Source: Pseudobdellovibrionaceae bacterium (GTDB taxonomy: Bacteria; Bdellovibrionota; FAC87; UBA2466; JACKAF01). Taken from it: a stretch of 64,000 nt of DNA. Location of the stretch: positions 92,743-156,742 of the forward strand of contig JACKAF010000001.1 in NCBI GenBank assembly GCA_020635235.1, in the 5' to 3' direction. The notes beneath the pieces were generated by a model. It was not told the DNA's origin and searched no databases. It worked only from the letters and a program-made list of their open reading frames with translations. Of this stretch, positions 9,304-18,479 are shown piece by piece; within the stretch, counting starts at the first letter, position 1; the number at the start of each line of letters is the position of its first letter. Position numbers and translations under genes: made by a program.

Positions 9304-9972
9304 ATGAACACATGGAAAGCTCTCGTTTTGGGTCTCTGCAGCGCGTTTTTTTCCCTTCAACTATGGGGTTTCACCACCGAAACCACGGCCATCATGGACT
9401 CGCCGCTCAACTTCGGCCTAGATATCCAATATTCAGCAATCGACTATAGAAATTATGCGTTTACTGACACTGACACGAATACTCAGCTCGGCCACGCGGT
9501 ACACATCGCCTTTGAGTGGCTCCCCCTAAAAACTATCGGAAAGCTGGGAATAGGACTTGGAACCGCCGGGGTTTTTGGGTTGAGCAATGTAGAGCTTAGC
9601 GGGAACCGGTACGCGTCCCTCAATGTCATCCCGCTTGAGGGGTTTCTGAGCTATAGGGCCGAGTACGTTCACCAGCAGGTCGTGGTCCCCTATATTAAGG
9701 TAGGCGCGAGTGTGGTGTGGGCGAGGCAAACATCAGAAACAGGTGCGGCCGTACCAGGAACACGCACCTACTATGGACGCGATCTTTCGCTGGGACTAGA
9801 ATTTTGCCTGAGTCGAATCGACCCGGAAGCCAGCCGAAAGTTGGACCGCAGCGTGGGAATCAACTCGACTTATCTTGTGGTGGAGTACACCCAAAGCCGA
9901 TCCGTCGGTCCCTCGGGATCCCCAAACCTCTCGCACGATGCCTACCGGGCCGGTCTGCGTTTCGAATTGTAG
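9304..9972 (+). CDS. Outer-membrane beta-barrel protein (MXAN_2562-like)
   Basis: Signal peptide, YRAEY..QQVVVPY.K.G, LD..VGINSTYL..EY, C-terminal GLRFEL. Confidence 0.65.
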   Translation: MNTWKALVLGLCSAFFSLQLWGFTTETTAIMDSPLNFGLDIQYSAIDYRNYAFTDTDTNTQLGHAVHIAFEWLPLKTIGKLGIGLGTAGVFGLSNVELSGNRYASLNVIPLEGFLSYRAEYVHQQVVVPYIKVGASVVWARQTSETGAAVPGTRTYYGRDLSLGLEFCLSRIDPEASRKLDRSVGINSTYLVVEYTQSRSVGPSGSPNLSHDAYRAGLRFEL

Positions 9973-10007
9973 TTTCGGGCGCCAAGAGTTATTTTGAGTG
10001 GCCTTTT

Positions 10008-10094
10008 GGAGAGGTGGCTGAGTGGTTGAAAGCGGCGGTCTTGAAAACCGTTGTCCCCGCAAGGGGACCGGGGGTTCGAATCCCTCCCTCTCCG
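10008..10094 (+). tRNA. tRNA-Ser (TGA), long variable arm, CCA not encoded
   Basis: GGAGAGG acceptor paired with CCTCTCC, D-loop AGTGG, anticodon loop CTTGAAA, GTTCGAATC. Confidence 0.95.
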
Positions 10095-10125
10095 GTGTTT
10101 AAGGTGATTCGTTCTCTTTTAAGAA

Positions 10126-10836
10126 ATGGAAATTCAAGAAGCGACAATCCCTACCCCGAACGGCGAGCTCAAATACCGCCTCACTCAAGGCCAGTCCCAT
10201 CAAACCCTGATCTTTATGCATGGCCTGCCTGGACCTAGCCTCCACATCCGAGCGGTCGTAGATCGCCTGGTGGAGCGCCTAGGCTGGAACGGCTTGAGTT
10301 TTCATTACCGCGGTTGCTGGGGCTCCACGGGGGAGTATGCGCTGACGAAACAGCACGAAGACTACGTGGCGGTTTGTGGATGGCTAAAAGAGGTGAGAAA
10401 AATTCCCGCCCCCGCGCAAATGACTTTGGGCTATAGCATGGGCGGATACAATCTATTAAGAGCTCTCTCCGAAGGGCGTGTTGCCGGAAAAGCGATTGCT
10501 CTCGCCCCACTCACGCGCATTGAAGGCTGTGGTATTGACGACGCTTTTTTTGAAGAAGCCAGCGGACTGCTGGAGATGCCCCCTGTAAAACTCAAGTCCC
10601 AATATGCTTTATTGCCGGCCATCGATTTTGCGAAGGTGGATAAGGAGATATCTCCGCTACTCAGCATTCTTACCGCCGCAGAGGATGAATTATTTTCCGA
10701 AGATTATTACCAACAGCAGTTTCATGAAAAAGCGCGCTCCAAGTGGACGTCGGTCCCTCGCGCAAATCACCTCTTTGAGGGCGTCGAAAAGGAACTAGAG
10801 GAGGGCCTTTTTCGACTCCTGTCCACAACCAACTGA
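10126..10836 (+). CDS. Alpha/beta hydrolase
   Basis: MHGLPG, GYSMGG nucleophile elbow, late Asp and His (ANHLF). Confidence 0.8.
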   Translation: MEIQEATIPTPNGELKYRLTQGQSHQTLIFMHGLPGPSLHIRAVVDRLVERLGWNGLSFHYRGCWGSTGEYALTKQHEDYVAVCGWLKEVRKIPAPAQMTLGYSMGGYNLLRALSEGRVAGKAIALAPLTRIEGCGIDDAFFEEASGLLEMPPVKLKSQYALLPAIDFAKVDKEISPLLSILTAAEDELFSEDYYQQQFHEKARSKWTSVPRANHLFEGVEKELEEGLFRLLSTTN

Positions 10837-10951
10837 CTGTGTTACCGCCCACACCCCTCCGCACTAAAGAACATCAGGTTGCATAGCGGACACGAGCAAA
10901 AATTGCGGTACAATAATAAAGTTAACTGGCCGACGCTTAAGGCCCCCGATC

Positions 10952-11734
10952 TTGATAAAGAAGGACGGCGTGCCCTCTATTACTTGGCACATTCAGGTAT
11001 ACAAGGACGAAGAGTACTTGCCTGAGTGCCTTTCAGCTCTGCGCCGTTCGTACCCAGACTCACGTATCTTTCTCATCTCGGACGGAGATCCAAACCCAAA
11101 AATAGAACAAATTGCGAATCAGTTTGGAAGTGAGTGCTTCTACGGGGAACGCCTCTTTGGCATCGAGCACGGCGGCGAAATTCTTCATCGATTACTTGAT
11201 TACTATCTAAATCGACCCTCAGATTACCTTATAAAGATAGACGGAGACACGCTCGTAAATCGACGCATCCTTTACCTACCAATTACCAAAAGGCCGCTAC
11301 TGATGGGGACTCGCCAAGTAGCGGGAGACGGAGAAGAGGATCTGGTGTCGGTCCAGGGGGGGTGTATCATCCTCAATCACGCCGCGGCTTCTCTCATGCA
11401 CGAGTCCAAATTGTTTCTCGATCCTCGGCTCAAACCGCCGGATATTGCTTGGGCACGTAAGGGGACACATCAGGAAGAAAGAGCAATGCTTGGCCTAACC
11501 AGCCACGACTGGACTATTGGCTGGGTTTGCAAGGAACTAAATATCGAGATCTGGGATCACCCTGAGATTGCCTCTTATTGGAAAGAGAAAGCTTTCTATT
11601 CTCTAAGCGACGTGGCAAGGAACTACCGAATGCTGATAAGGCGTTTTTGGCCCGCGGTAACCCATCCAAACAAAATCGCTGCTCCCGTAGACTCCAGTCA
11701 AGAGGGAGCCGAAAGGCAACAAAAGTCAGGCTAA
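10952..11734 (+). CDS. Putative GT-A fold glycosyltransferase
   Basis: LISDGD, IKIDGD (DxD), SVQGGC motifs; TTG start uncertain. Confidence 0.55.
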   Translation: MIKKDGVPSITWHIQVYKDEEYLPECLSALRRSYPDSRIFLISDGDPNPKIEQIANQFGSECFYGERLFGIEHGGEILHRLLDYYLNRPSDYLIKIDGDTLVNRRILYLPITKRPLLMGTRQVAGDGEEDLVSVQGGCIILNHAAASLMHESKLFLDPRLKPPDIAWARKGTHQEERAMLGLTSHDWTIGWVCKELNIEIWDHPEIASYWKEKAFYSLSDVARNYRMLIRRFWPAVTHPNKIAAPVDSSQEGAERQQKSG

Positions 11735-12570
11735 GCCGTCTGAAATTGCGAACCTTCTTCAAGGCTATTAATTCGAACAAAATCGCCGTTTACGTATTTT
11801 TCCAGCTCACGTTTCCCAATTAACCCTGAGTTTGCAACGAGCTTCCCTTTTCTAACATTGTGAACCGATAGCAAGTGGTTTGCCGCGTTCATTTCTTCCC
11901 AATCTAATGATTGGTGATCTATCGAACTAGGTCGAGGGTTCGGTATGCATCTATTGAAACGACACTCGAAAGGTCCGCGCCACCGTAGCGTATTCCAAAA
12001 ATGCAGTAATCGAGAAATTCTTTGGGGCACTATCTTCGCCTTGTACTTGGTAGCAACTCTGCGCACAAAATCGTGATCCTGGTAGCCGTAGGGTTGAAAT
12101 TGCTCGTCGTATCCCCCGACGCCGTAGAAGTGCGCTCTAAGGGTGGAGATGCGGCCTGTTGAGCCATCACCGGGACCGGCCTGCTGATGATAAACGATGG
12201 GCCCCTTGTACGAAGCAAACGTCTCAAGCACATGCCTGCCTCCGCGTCGGCCTGTAAAATTGTCGCCATCCAGGTTGGTGAGGATGTCGCCGCTTCCAAG
12301 CACGGCAGCGGTGTTCTTTGCGAACGACGTGTCGTATGGATCGAGTGCGGGCGCACGGTACAGACTCAAAAAGCCGCTTTCCAAGTGTCGGGAAAAGTTT
12401 TTTATTATCCAATCTACCGTTCCGTCCGTACTCGCAAAATCCACCAAAACAAAATTCACGGTTCCCCGATCGGCGAAGTTATCGGTCAGATTCTGCGGAA
12501 GGGTTTTGGATAATTGCCAAAAGCGATTCCTGATATGTATGCAGAAGGTTAAAGTAAGCTTGGATTTCAC
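11731..12570 (-). CDS. GT2/GT7-like glycosyltransferase
   Basis: LVDFASTD, NLDGD, GGYDEQF..YGYQDHDF motifs. Confidence 0.75.
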   Translation of the reverse strand: MKSKLTLTFCIHIRNRFWQLSKTLPQNLTDNFADRGTVNFVLVDFASTDGTVDWIIKNFSRHLESGFLSLYRAPALDPYDTSFAKNTAAVLGSGDILTNLDGDNFTGRRGGRHVLETFASYKGPIVYHQQAGPGDGSTGRISTLRAHFYGVGGYDEQFQPYGYQDHDFVRRVATKYKAKIVPQRISRLLHFWNTLRWRGPFECRFNRCIPNPRPSSIDHQSLDWEEMNAANHLLSVHNVRKGKLVANSGLIGKRELEKYVNGDFVRINSLEEGSQFQTA

Positions 12571-12671
12571 TCAGATCAAATTGTAGCAAACAAGGTTCCT
12601 TTTGACACCAGGGACAGGAAAAAAGCACACATTGACAAGCCTCTACGCATCGCGCTGCGTGCCTAGCTCCT

Positions 12672-12687
12672 TGGATCTCATCTTGCA
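12672..12687 (+). promoter_or_regulatory. Weak sigma54-like site TGGATCTCATCTTGCA
   Basis: GG-N10-GC with perfect TTGCA but poor -24 element; 50 nt upstream of the serine hydrolase ATG. Confidence 0.3.
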
Positions 12688-12736
12688 GTTGCATTGGGAG
12701 GACTTATTCTAGTCCTGATTTTCCACGGATAGGAAC

Positions 12737-13960
12737 ATGGGACGGGGCCAAAATCCAATCAAATACCTACTCCTTTTCGCCCTCGTACTGTGTTCGGGGC
12801 TACTTGCCGAAGATCTCCGCATTGACCAGATCGTTGCCGCCCACATGACCGTTAGCAAAATTCCCGGACTCGGTTTGGGGATCATTCACGGAAACAAGAT
12901 TGTTTACTTGAAAGGCTACGGCAAAGAACACATTGCTTTGCGCCGAGATGTCGATCCGAGCGTCACAAGGTTTCGCTGGGCTTCTCTTTCTAAAACCGTG
13001 ACGGGAATTCTTGCCGTCAAAGCGCATCTAAGAGGCTATCTCGACCTCGACGCAGACATCCGCACGTACTACCCGCAATACGTCCTTCCCTCTACTTATA
13101 TGAACCATGGTGTGGCCGTCGATATGCCCACCGGAACCCACGTGACACTCCGACAACTTTTGAGCCATAGCGCGGGAATGCAGCACTATTCAAATGGTAA
13201 AAGTTCACCCACCCCGCCCTACCAACTCACCAACAACGAGTTGGCCAACACCGGTATGGAATGGGCGCTCAAATACTGGGTATCTAATCCGCTGATATCA
13301 TTTCCGGGAGACTCCTACCACTATTCCACTCCCAGTTTTAATTTGGCAGGGGTGGTACTCGAAAAAGCCCTAGGCGAAAATTTTGCGAATCTCACGGAGC
13401 ATTGGATAGCGAGTCCCTCAAAAATCACGACACTTCGCCCGGACACCTTGTGGAACATGGCTCCTCACCGCGCCGAGGGTTATATCGCCGTCGGTACGAA
13501 TTTTGTGCTCGACGCAGACAACGATGTTTCTTGGAAACTCGCGGGCGGCGGCTTCATTTCTACTACTGAAGATCTCAGCCGTTACGCCTTGGCCGTTATG
13601 GGAGAGGATTTTTTGACCCCCGCAGAAAAGGCCCTCCTCTGGACAAAAACCAAACTAAACAACGGCAGCACCATTAGCTATGGCGTCGGCTGGAACGTCT
13701 ACACGACAGCGGACGGGCACAAGAAAGTATCTCACAGTGGTTCGCAAGAAAAGGCACGAGCCAGATTGAATTTGTATCCGGAGGAAGGGTTGGGATTTGC
13801 GATCCTGACCAACGCTGGGCACGACGTAAATCTTTCGGCTCTGGCGAAACAATTGGAAGATACTGTCCGAGAGCGTCTCGCTAACGGAGAGGGTCCAATC
13901 ATTGAAAAAGCCGAAGCTATTTCTTCTCTGGATATTCCTGAGTCTCTACCGAGAGGCTAA
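12737..13960 (+). CDS. Secreted serine hydrolase (class C beta-lactamase / PBP family)
   Basis: Signal peptide, SLSK (SxxK), YHYS, HSG motifs. Confidence 0.85.
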   Translation: MGRGQNPIKYLLLFALVLCSGLLAEDLRIDQIVAAHMTVSKIPGLGLGIIHGNKIVYLKGYGKEHIALRRDVDPSVTRFRWASLSKTVTGILAVKAHLRGYLDLDADIRTYYPQYVLPSTYMNHGVAVDMPTGTHVTLRQLLSHSAGMQHYSNGKSSPTPPYQLTNNELANTGMEWALKYWVSNPLISFPGDSYHYSTPSFNLAGVVLEKALGENFANLTEHWIASPSKITTLRPDTLWNMAPHRAEGYIAVGTNFVLDADNDVSWKLAGGGFISTTEDLSRYALAVMGEDFLTPAEKALLWTKTKLNNGSTISYGVGWNVYTTADGHKKVSHSGSQEKARARLNLYPEEGLGFAILTNAGHDVNLSALAKQLEDTVRERLANGEGPIIEKAEAISSLDIPESLPRG

Positions 13961-14930
13961 CTTCCTCGCTGTCCCGGAATACCACCATCTCGACTTTGGT
14001 ATTGAGCGCGGTACTTGAAATCCGTTGAACGAGCATGTTTACAGAAGTAACCGGCTTGCCTTGGTACTTCAAAACAACATCACCCTTCTTTAAGCCCGCT
14101 TTGCGGGCGGGGGTATCGCCATCCACCAGACTATCAACCTTGACGCCGTTATCGATATCCAATGCATCAAACTCTTCGTCGCTCAACTCTATAAATGCGG
14201 CACCCAAGTAGCCTCGGATTACTTTTCCGTTCTTGATGAGCTGATCGAGTACGAATCTCGCTTGCTCGCCAGAAATCGCAAAACCAAGTCCGATATTAGA
14301 TCCCGAATTGCTATGTATCGCGTTTACCACCCCGATGCACTTTCCATCTGTACAACATAGAAGAGGGCCGCCGCTATTTCCCGGATTGATCACAGCGTCC
14401 GTTTGCAGGTAGTTGACGTAGGGGTTTACTTTCAGGTAGCGGTCTTTGCCGCTTATGATTCCTCGGGAAACAGTCCCTTCAAAGCCATAAGGAACACCAA
14501 TCGCAAAAACTTCGGTTCCGACTCGGATATCTTCGGCGCTACTGATTTCAATCACGCGAATGCCGTCAACTGCCTCGGGCTTTACTTTGATGACCGCGAT
14601 GTCCGTGCGTTTGTCGCGAAAGATCTCAGAGCTCTCCACGCGTCTTTTCCCGGGAAACTTAATCCGAACTTTCGTCGCATTGCCAATGACGTGGATGTTT
14701 GTGAGTACGTAACCCTTCTTGTCGACCAGCAGTCCCGAACCGATCGAACTTTGCTTACCGGCTAAATCTCCGTCCAAGGGACTCACACGCGCCACCGAAC
14801 CGACTACGTCTTGGATGACATCGGCCAACTTTTTGTTTGCAGGTCCGGGCATTTCGTCCGCCAAAGCAAACGGCATGAAGAGTAGCCAGGTCGCCAAAGC
14901 CCAACCCATCCAACGCTTACGCAACATCAT
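13917..14930 (-). CDS. HtrA/Do-family serine protease (trypsin domain + one PDZ)
   Basis: Signal peptide, TNIHV, DIAV, GNSGG triad, C-terminal PDZ. Confidence 0.9.
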   Translation of the reverse strand: MMLRKRWMGWALATWLLFMPFALADEMPGPANKKLADVIQDVVGSVARVSPLDGDLAGKQSSIGSGLLVDKKGYVLTNIHVIGNATKVRIKFPGKRRVESSEIFRDKRTDIAVIKVKPEAVDGIRVIEISSAEDIRVGTEVFAIGVPYGFEGTVSRGIISGKDRYLKVNPYVNYLQTDAVINPGNSGGPLLCCTDGKCIGVVNAIHSNSGSNIGLGFAISGEQARFVLDQLIKNGKVIRGYLGAAFIELSDEEFDALDIDNGVKVDSLVDGDTPARKAGLKKGDVVLKYQGKPVTSVNMLVQRISSTALNTKVEMVVFRDSEEVSLSVETQEYPEKK

Positions 14931-15126
14931 CTTTCACCTTGATCTTCTTAGGGGATTAAAAAAGTGGCGCTAAACTAGCCCAATTCTAAACTTTGCGCAA
15001 CGCATAACAAATTAAAACTAATATTTTCAAATACTTAACCAGAACGAGCGGGCGCGCTTGCAGATTTTCCGACGGTTGGGAATTGAAGGCTGTCCCTTCA
15101 AAGATGTGTTGTGTACTCTGGGCAAG

Positions 15127-16320
15127 ATGCCAATGAGCACCAAAGAATACCGCTTCCCGTGGCAATTGCTACCCGTCATCCTGGACGGCATTTCCATCCT
15201 CGATGTTCCAAGCTTGGAAGTAAAAACGATGGAAGGCGCAACGAGCTTCATACAGGCCTACGGATACAACCCGAGTGACCCCAAGGACATCGAGCTCATC
15301 TGGAAGTACGTGGAAGACGCCGTCCTATTCATCGAGAAAACCCTCCAGGATGCCGAATACCCAAAAGTTCCGGAACACCTGCGCACCCGGGATGCCATGA
15401 AGGACGTCCGGCGACTCATCCTTTTGGCTTCATCCAAGGACAATCCGGATCAGCTTTGGGCCTGCGCAATCTTGAGGGTTGCCCATGTACTTATCCATCT
15501 CGCGCATGATCCACGTCTTCGCTATTTCGCACACGCACAGAACCAAATCCTCGGTCGGCTTGATGATCACCTTTATGTCGACAGTTCGACAGGATCTATC
15601 TACCTGGGGAAAAAAGAGGAAGGCGGCGGAATCAAACTCCTGTTTTTCAAAAAAAAGGACCGCAAAGATCGCGAGCGAGAAATCGTAAAAATGCTTCACA
15701 AGGCCGAGAGCACCGTAGAAGTCATCTATGACCGAATCGGCTTTAGGTTGGTAACCGAGACCAAGTTCGATGCCATGCGAGCGGTTCGCCTGATGATCAA
15801 TAAGAACATCATAAGCACGCCGAGTGTTCGCCCATCGAGATCCCGCAACTGGTTGATCGATGTTGAGAAACTAAAAACAGAAACCGAGCGCATCATCACA
15901 GCCATCAAGAAAGGCGCAAACAAAGAACGCTTCGACATTTCCAAATACATCCGACGCATGGAACGACGGATCGCCCTAAAAAGAAAACACGGCAGCCTCC
16001 TCAACCCCCAAACGAGCGAACACTACCGAGCGATCCAGTTTACTTGCCGTGAATTGGTAAAAATTCCGAACCCGCTCTACCAGGCCTACAGTTTGACCAA
16101 GGAGCAGCTTGAGCATGTTCCAGGCGGGTCCCAAATTTTTCACGAGATCTACCCTCAGCCCGTTCCCTCCCATGAGTACATTTTCTTCCCGTATGAAATT
16201 CAGATAATGGACGTGAAGTCCTATGCGGATAGCATCTTCGGCAAGAGCAACCACGAGGAGTACCGCAAGAAGCAGCTCGAAGTGGCCCGAAATCGAGTCT
16301 TCGGTCGGGGACGAAGCTAG
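15127..16320 (+). CDS. TIGR04552-like protein with RelA/SpoT synthetase-like nucleotidyltransferase motifs
   Basis: RK......K, DRIGFR, HYRAIQF, YEIQI, HEEYR motifs; start ATG 15127 or 15133. Confidence 0.7.
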   Translation: MPMSTKEYRFPWQLLPVILDGISILDVPSLEVKTMEGATSFIQAYGYNPSDPKDIELIWKYVEDAVLFIEKTLQDAEYPKVPEHLRTRDAMKDVRRLILLASSKDNPDQLWACAILRVAHVLIHLAHDPRLRYFAHAQNQILGRLDDHLYVDSSTGSIYLGKKEEGGGIKLLFFKKKDRKDREREIVKMLHKAESTVEVIYDRIGFRLVTETKFDAMRAVRLMINKNIISTPSVRPSRSRNWLIDVEKLKTETERIITAIKKGANKERFDISKYIRRMERRIALKRKHGSLLNPQTSEHYRAIQFTCRELVKIPNPLYQAYSLTKEQLEHVPGGSQIFHEIYPQPVPSHEYIFFPYEIQIMDVKSYADSIFGKSNHEEYRKKQLEVARNRVFGRGRS

Positions 16321-16381
16321 GAAAATATTCTTTTAATATTAGTTACTTATAGCAAACCCCAATCATTTGAGAAACGCGGTT

Positions 16382-16390
16382 TGCTATAAT
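16382..16390 (+). promoter_or_regulatory. Extended -10 promoter TGCTATAAT
   Basis: Perfect TGnTATAAT ending 9 nt before ATG 16400. Confidence 0.55.
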
Positions 16391-16399
16391 GTAGAGACG

Positions 16400-17884
16400 A
16401 TGAGCCAAGTAGCCCAAGAATCCCCACAATACTACCTTGGCATTGACGGCGACCAGACAGGTCCCTACAGCGAAGCCGACATCATTGAAAAGATCCAAAG
16501 CCAGACGATTCCCGAAGACGCTTTGGTCTGGCATGAAGGCCTTTCCGCGTGGACGGCTATTCAAGCGATTCCGGCATTCGCGTCAGCCCTTGGTGGTGGT
16601 GGTGGCCTCGACGTACCGCCGCCTCCCGCTGCTGTACAGGCCGCCCAGCCGCCGGCAGCAAGCCCGTCTATGCCCGGGGGAGTCTCGGCCTTGCCGAGCC
16701 CAGACGAAGAGACCTACGAGAGCCACCAGCCCGAGGCCCCGGCCAGCGATCGCGCCGCGCGGCCCGTCCGCGCAACCGCTGCCTCCGGACTGGATGTAAA
16801 CGCAACCTCCACCTTCGCCGGCCCAGGCCAAAAGGTTGAAACTGTCTTCAAAGGAAAAGAAGCGGTCTTCTCGCGCCCAGCTTTTATCACCACTCGCCTC
16901 GGCATGACGGTCCTATTCATCTCGTTTTTCGGAACGCTTGCTTTCGGACTGTTTTACTGGAGGGCGAAATTCTCCGCGGTACAAGAGAGCATCGTAAAGA
17001 GTACCAAGCAAGGTCTGCGCGTGCGCATCACCCGGGCCCAACAAGTACGCCAGGCTCTGAGCGAGCTCATCATTAAGCCGAAAGAAACCCTGCCGCGCCT
17101 AGAAAAAATCGTCGAAGAGGATCCCACGGATGCTCCGGGCACGGAAGCGCTTGAGGCAGCAATTGAATACTACCGCCGCAACCGTCGGTACGTAGACGCC
17201 GGAAATTTACTGATGAAAGCGAAGAAGCCGTTGAAAGCTGCTGACTTCTATCTCTACGATCCCCCCAATTACCAAAGGGCGGAAACAGCGCTGTTCGCGG
17301 CCTATGAAGGCACTAAGGATGGTGAGATCCGCTTTGATAGTCTTGTTCGCAATATCAATCTACTTCTTGGGCCACTCAACAGCGCCGAATCGCGCGAAAA
17401 GGCCGGAGGGCGCATCCAGCTCCTCGCTCGTGAATTCCCAAATCGGGCGCACCCGTTCGGATACTACCTGAAATCAACCGAGGAAAAGCTCCGAATCATG
17501 TTCGAACGACTTTCGTTTCACTTTACGGAGGGTATTACAAACCTCCTCGAAGCCGACTTCCCGGACATTACTTTGGCAGGCACTCCCGACGTCAAGTTGG
17601 AAAAAAACAACCGGGGGAAATACCGCGTGGTCGCCACGTACTCTGGGGACGTGCTGCTGGGTCGCGACCGGCTAAAAAACATTAGCCTAACCTTTTGGGC
17701 GGTCACAGATCGCTGGTACCTTGTCGACACCAACCTGACTTCCGAGCGCCGCCGCTGGGCGCTCAGCCAAAAGCGCAAGATCCTAAACGACGTCATCACG
17801 CCAGGAGCGATGCTCGACTTCCTGGAATCCATTCACCTCAATCGTTTCCCGAAAATCTCGCTGCACGAATCCCTGACCAAGTAA
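16400..17884 (+). CDS. GYF_2 (DUF4339) domain membrane protein with helical C-terminal region
   Basis: YY......QTGPY....I...I....I..D.LVW.EGL..W pattern, Pro/Ala linker, one TM helix. Confidence 0.75.
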   Translation: MSQVAQESPQYYLGIDGDQTGPYSEADIIEKIQSQTIPEDALVWHEGLSAWTAIQAIPAFASALGGGGGLDVPPPPAAVQAAQPPAASPSMPGGVSALPSPDEETYESHQPEAPASDRAARPVRATAASGLDVNATSTFAGPGQKVETVFKGKEAVFSRPAFITTRLGMTVLFISFFGTLAFGLFYWRAKFSAVQESIVKSTKQGLRVRITRAQQVRQALSELIIKPKETLPRLEKIVEEDPTDAPGTEALEAAIEYYRRNRRYVDAGNLLMKAKKPLKAADFYLYDPPNYQRAETALFAAYEGTKDGEIRFDSLVRNINLLLGPLNSAESREKAGGRIQLLAREFPNRAHPFGYYLKSTEEKLRIMFERLSFHFTEGITNLLEADFPDITLAGTPDVKLEKNNRGKYRVVATYSGDVLLGRDRLKNISLTFWAVTDRWYLVDTNLTSERRRWALSQKRKILNDVITPGAMLDFLESIHLNRFPKISLHESLTK

Positions 17885-18124
17885 TCGGACGACAGACATC
17901 CGGTATTCCGGCGGAATGCTTCACAATCGCCATAATCTGGACAATCTGGCGTTTCCTTCATAAGTCCGCGCGTATCAGATTAGTCTTCGATCCCTTCACG
18001 TCGTGTATTCGCCTAAACAAAGAACGCTTCGTCGCGTTGGGCGCCTAAACGCCGCACTTTACCCGCGTATTTTCAAACACTTATTTTTCCCAGAGAACGA
18101 GTGCGTCTGGCCCAATCTTTGCTC

Positions 18125-18152
18125 TTTACATTGCCCAAGCTGAAGTTATTAT
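18125..18152 (+). promoter_or_regulatory. sigma70-like promoter TTTACA-N16-TATTAT
   Basis: Near-consensus hexamers ~170 nt upstream of a strong terminator. Confidence 0.45.
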
Positions 18153-18232
18153 ACGATGCGCTAAGCCCAAAGGTCTGGTTGGCCTAATTAAAAAAAAGTT
18201 TTTCTTGCTGAGTGGAACGTAAGTGGAGCGAT

Positions 18233-18310
18233 ATGGAAGGGACCTCTTGCCGAAAGCACCACCACTATATAAAGGGTCCCTTCTTCCAATTTGAAAACCC
18301 CGGCGACTGA
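18233..18310 (+). CDS. Possible 25-aa leader/small peptide MEGTSCRKHHHYIKGPFFQFENPGD
   Basis: GGAG 4 nt upstream, CAC CAC CAC run, stop inside terminator loop; may instead be non-coding. Confidence 0.3.
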   Translation: MEGTSCRKHHHYIKGPFFQFENPGD

Positions 18311-18325
18311 ACGCCGGGGTTTTTT
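18294..18325 (+). terminator. Intrinsic terminator (possibly bidirectional)
   Basis: AAAA CCCCGGCG actgaa CGCCGGGG TTTTTT. Confidence 0.85.
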
Positions 18326-18479
18326 TATTTCCGCGTTAGCGATTGCAAAAAAACCAATAATATCAAGAGCGCCTTTTGGTACAAACGGAGCGGCGCCGTT
18401 TCGCTACGGCCGCAGTGCCTTGGGCACACCGCCAATAGGCATTGCCATTTTTTTCCCACCCACGTACTTCTGTATTGTT

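Noticed and set aside
12586-12600. GG-N10-GC matches at 12599(-), ~14965(+) and ~46135(+)
   Set aside because: Poor -24 or -12 elements, or a predicted TSS incompatible with the start codon.
18160-18325. 6S RNA, tmRNA, SRP or a known riboswitch as the identity of the small transcript
   Set aside because: No end-to-end long hairpin, tRNA-like ends or riboswitch consensus recognisable by eye; left unassigned.
18291-18479. ORF-track N-terminal extension of plsB (and similar extensions of dapF, ndh, tolB, add, ldhA)
   Set aside because: Extensions overlap terminators, promoters or upstream genes; better RBS-supported or coupled starts lie downstream.
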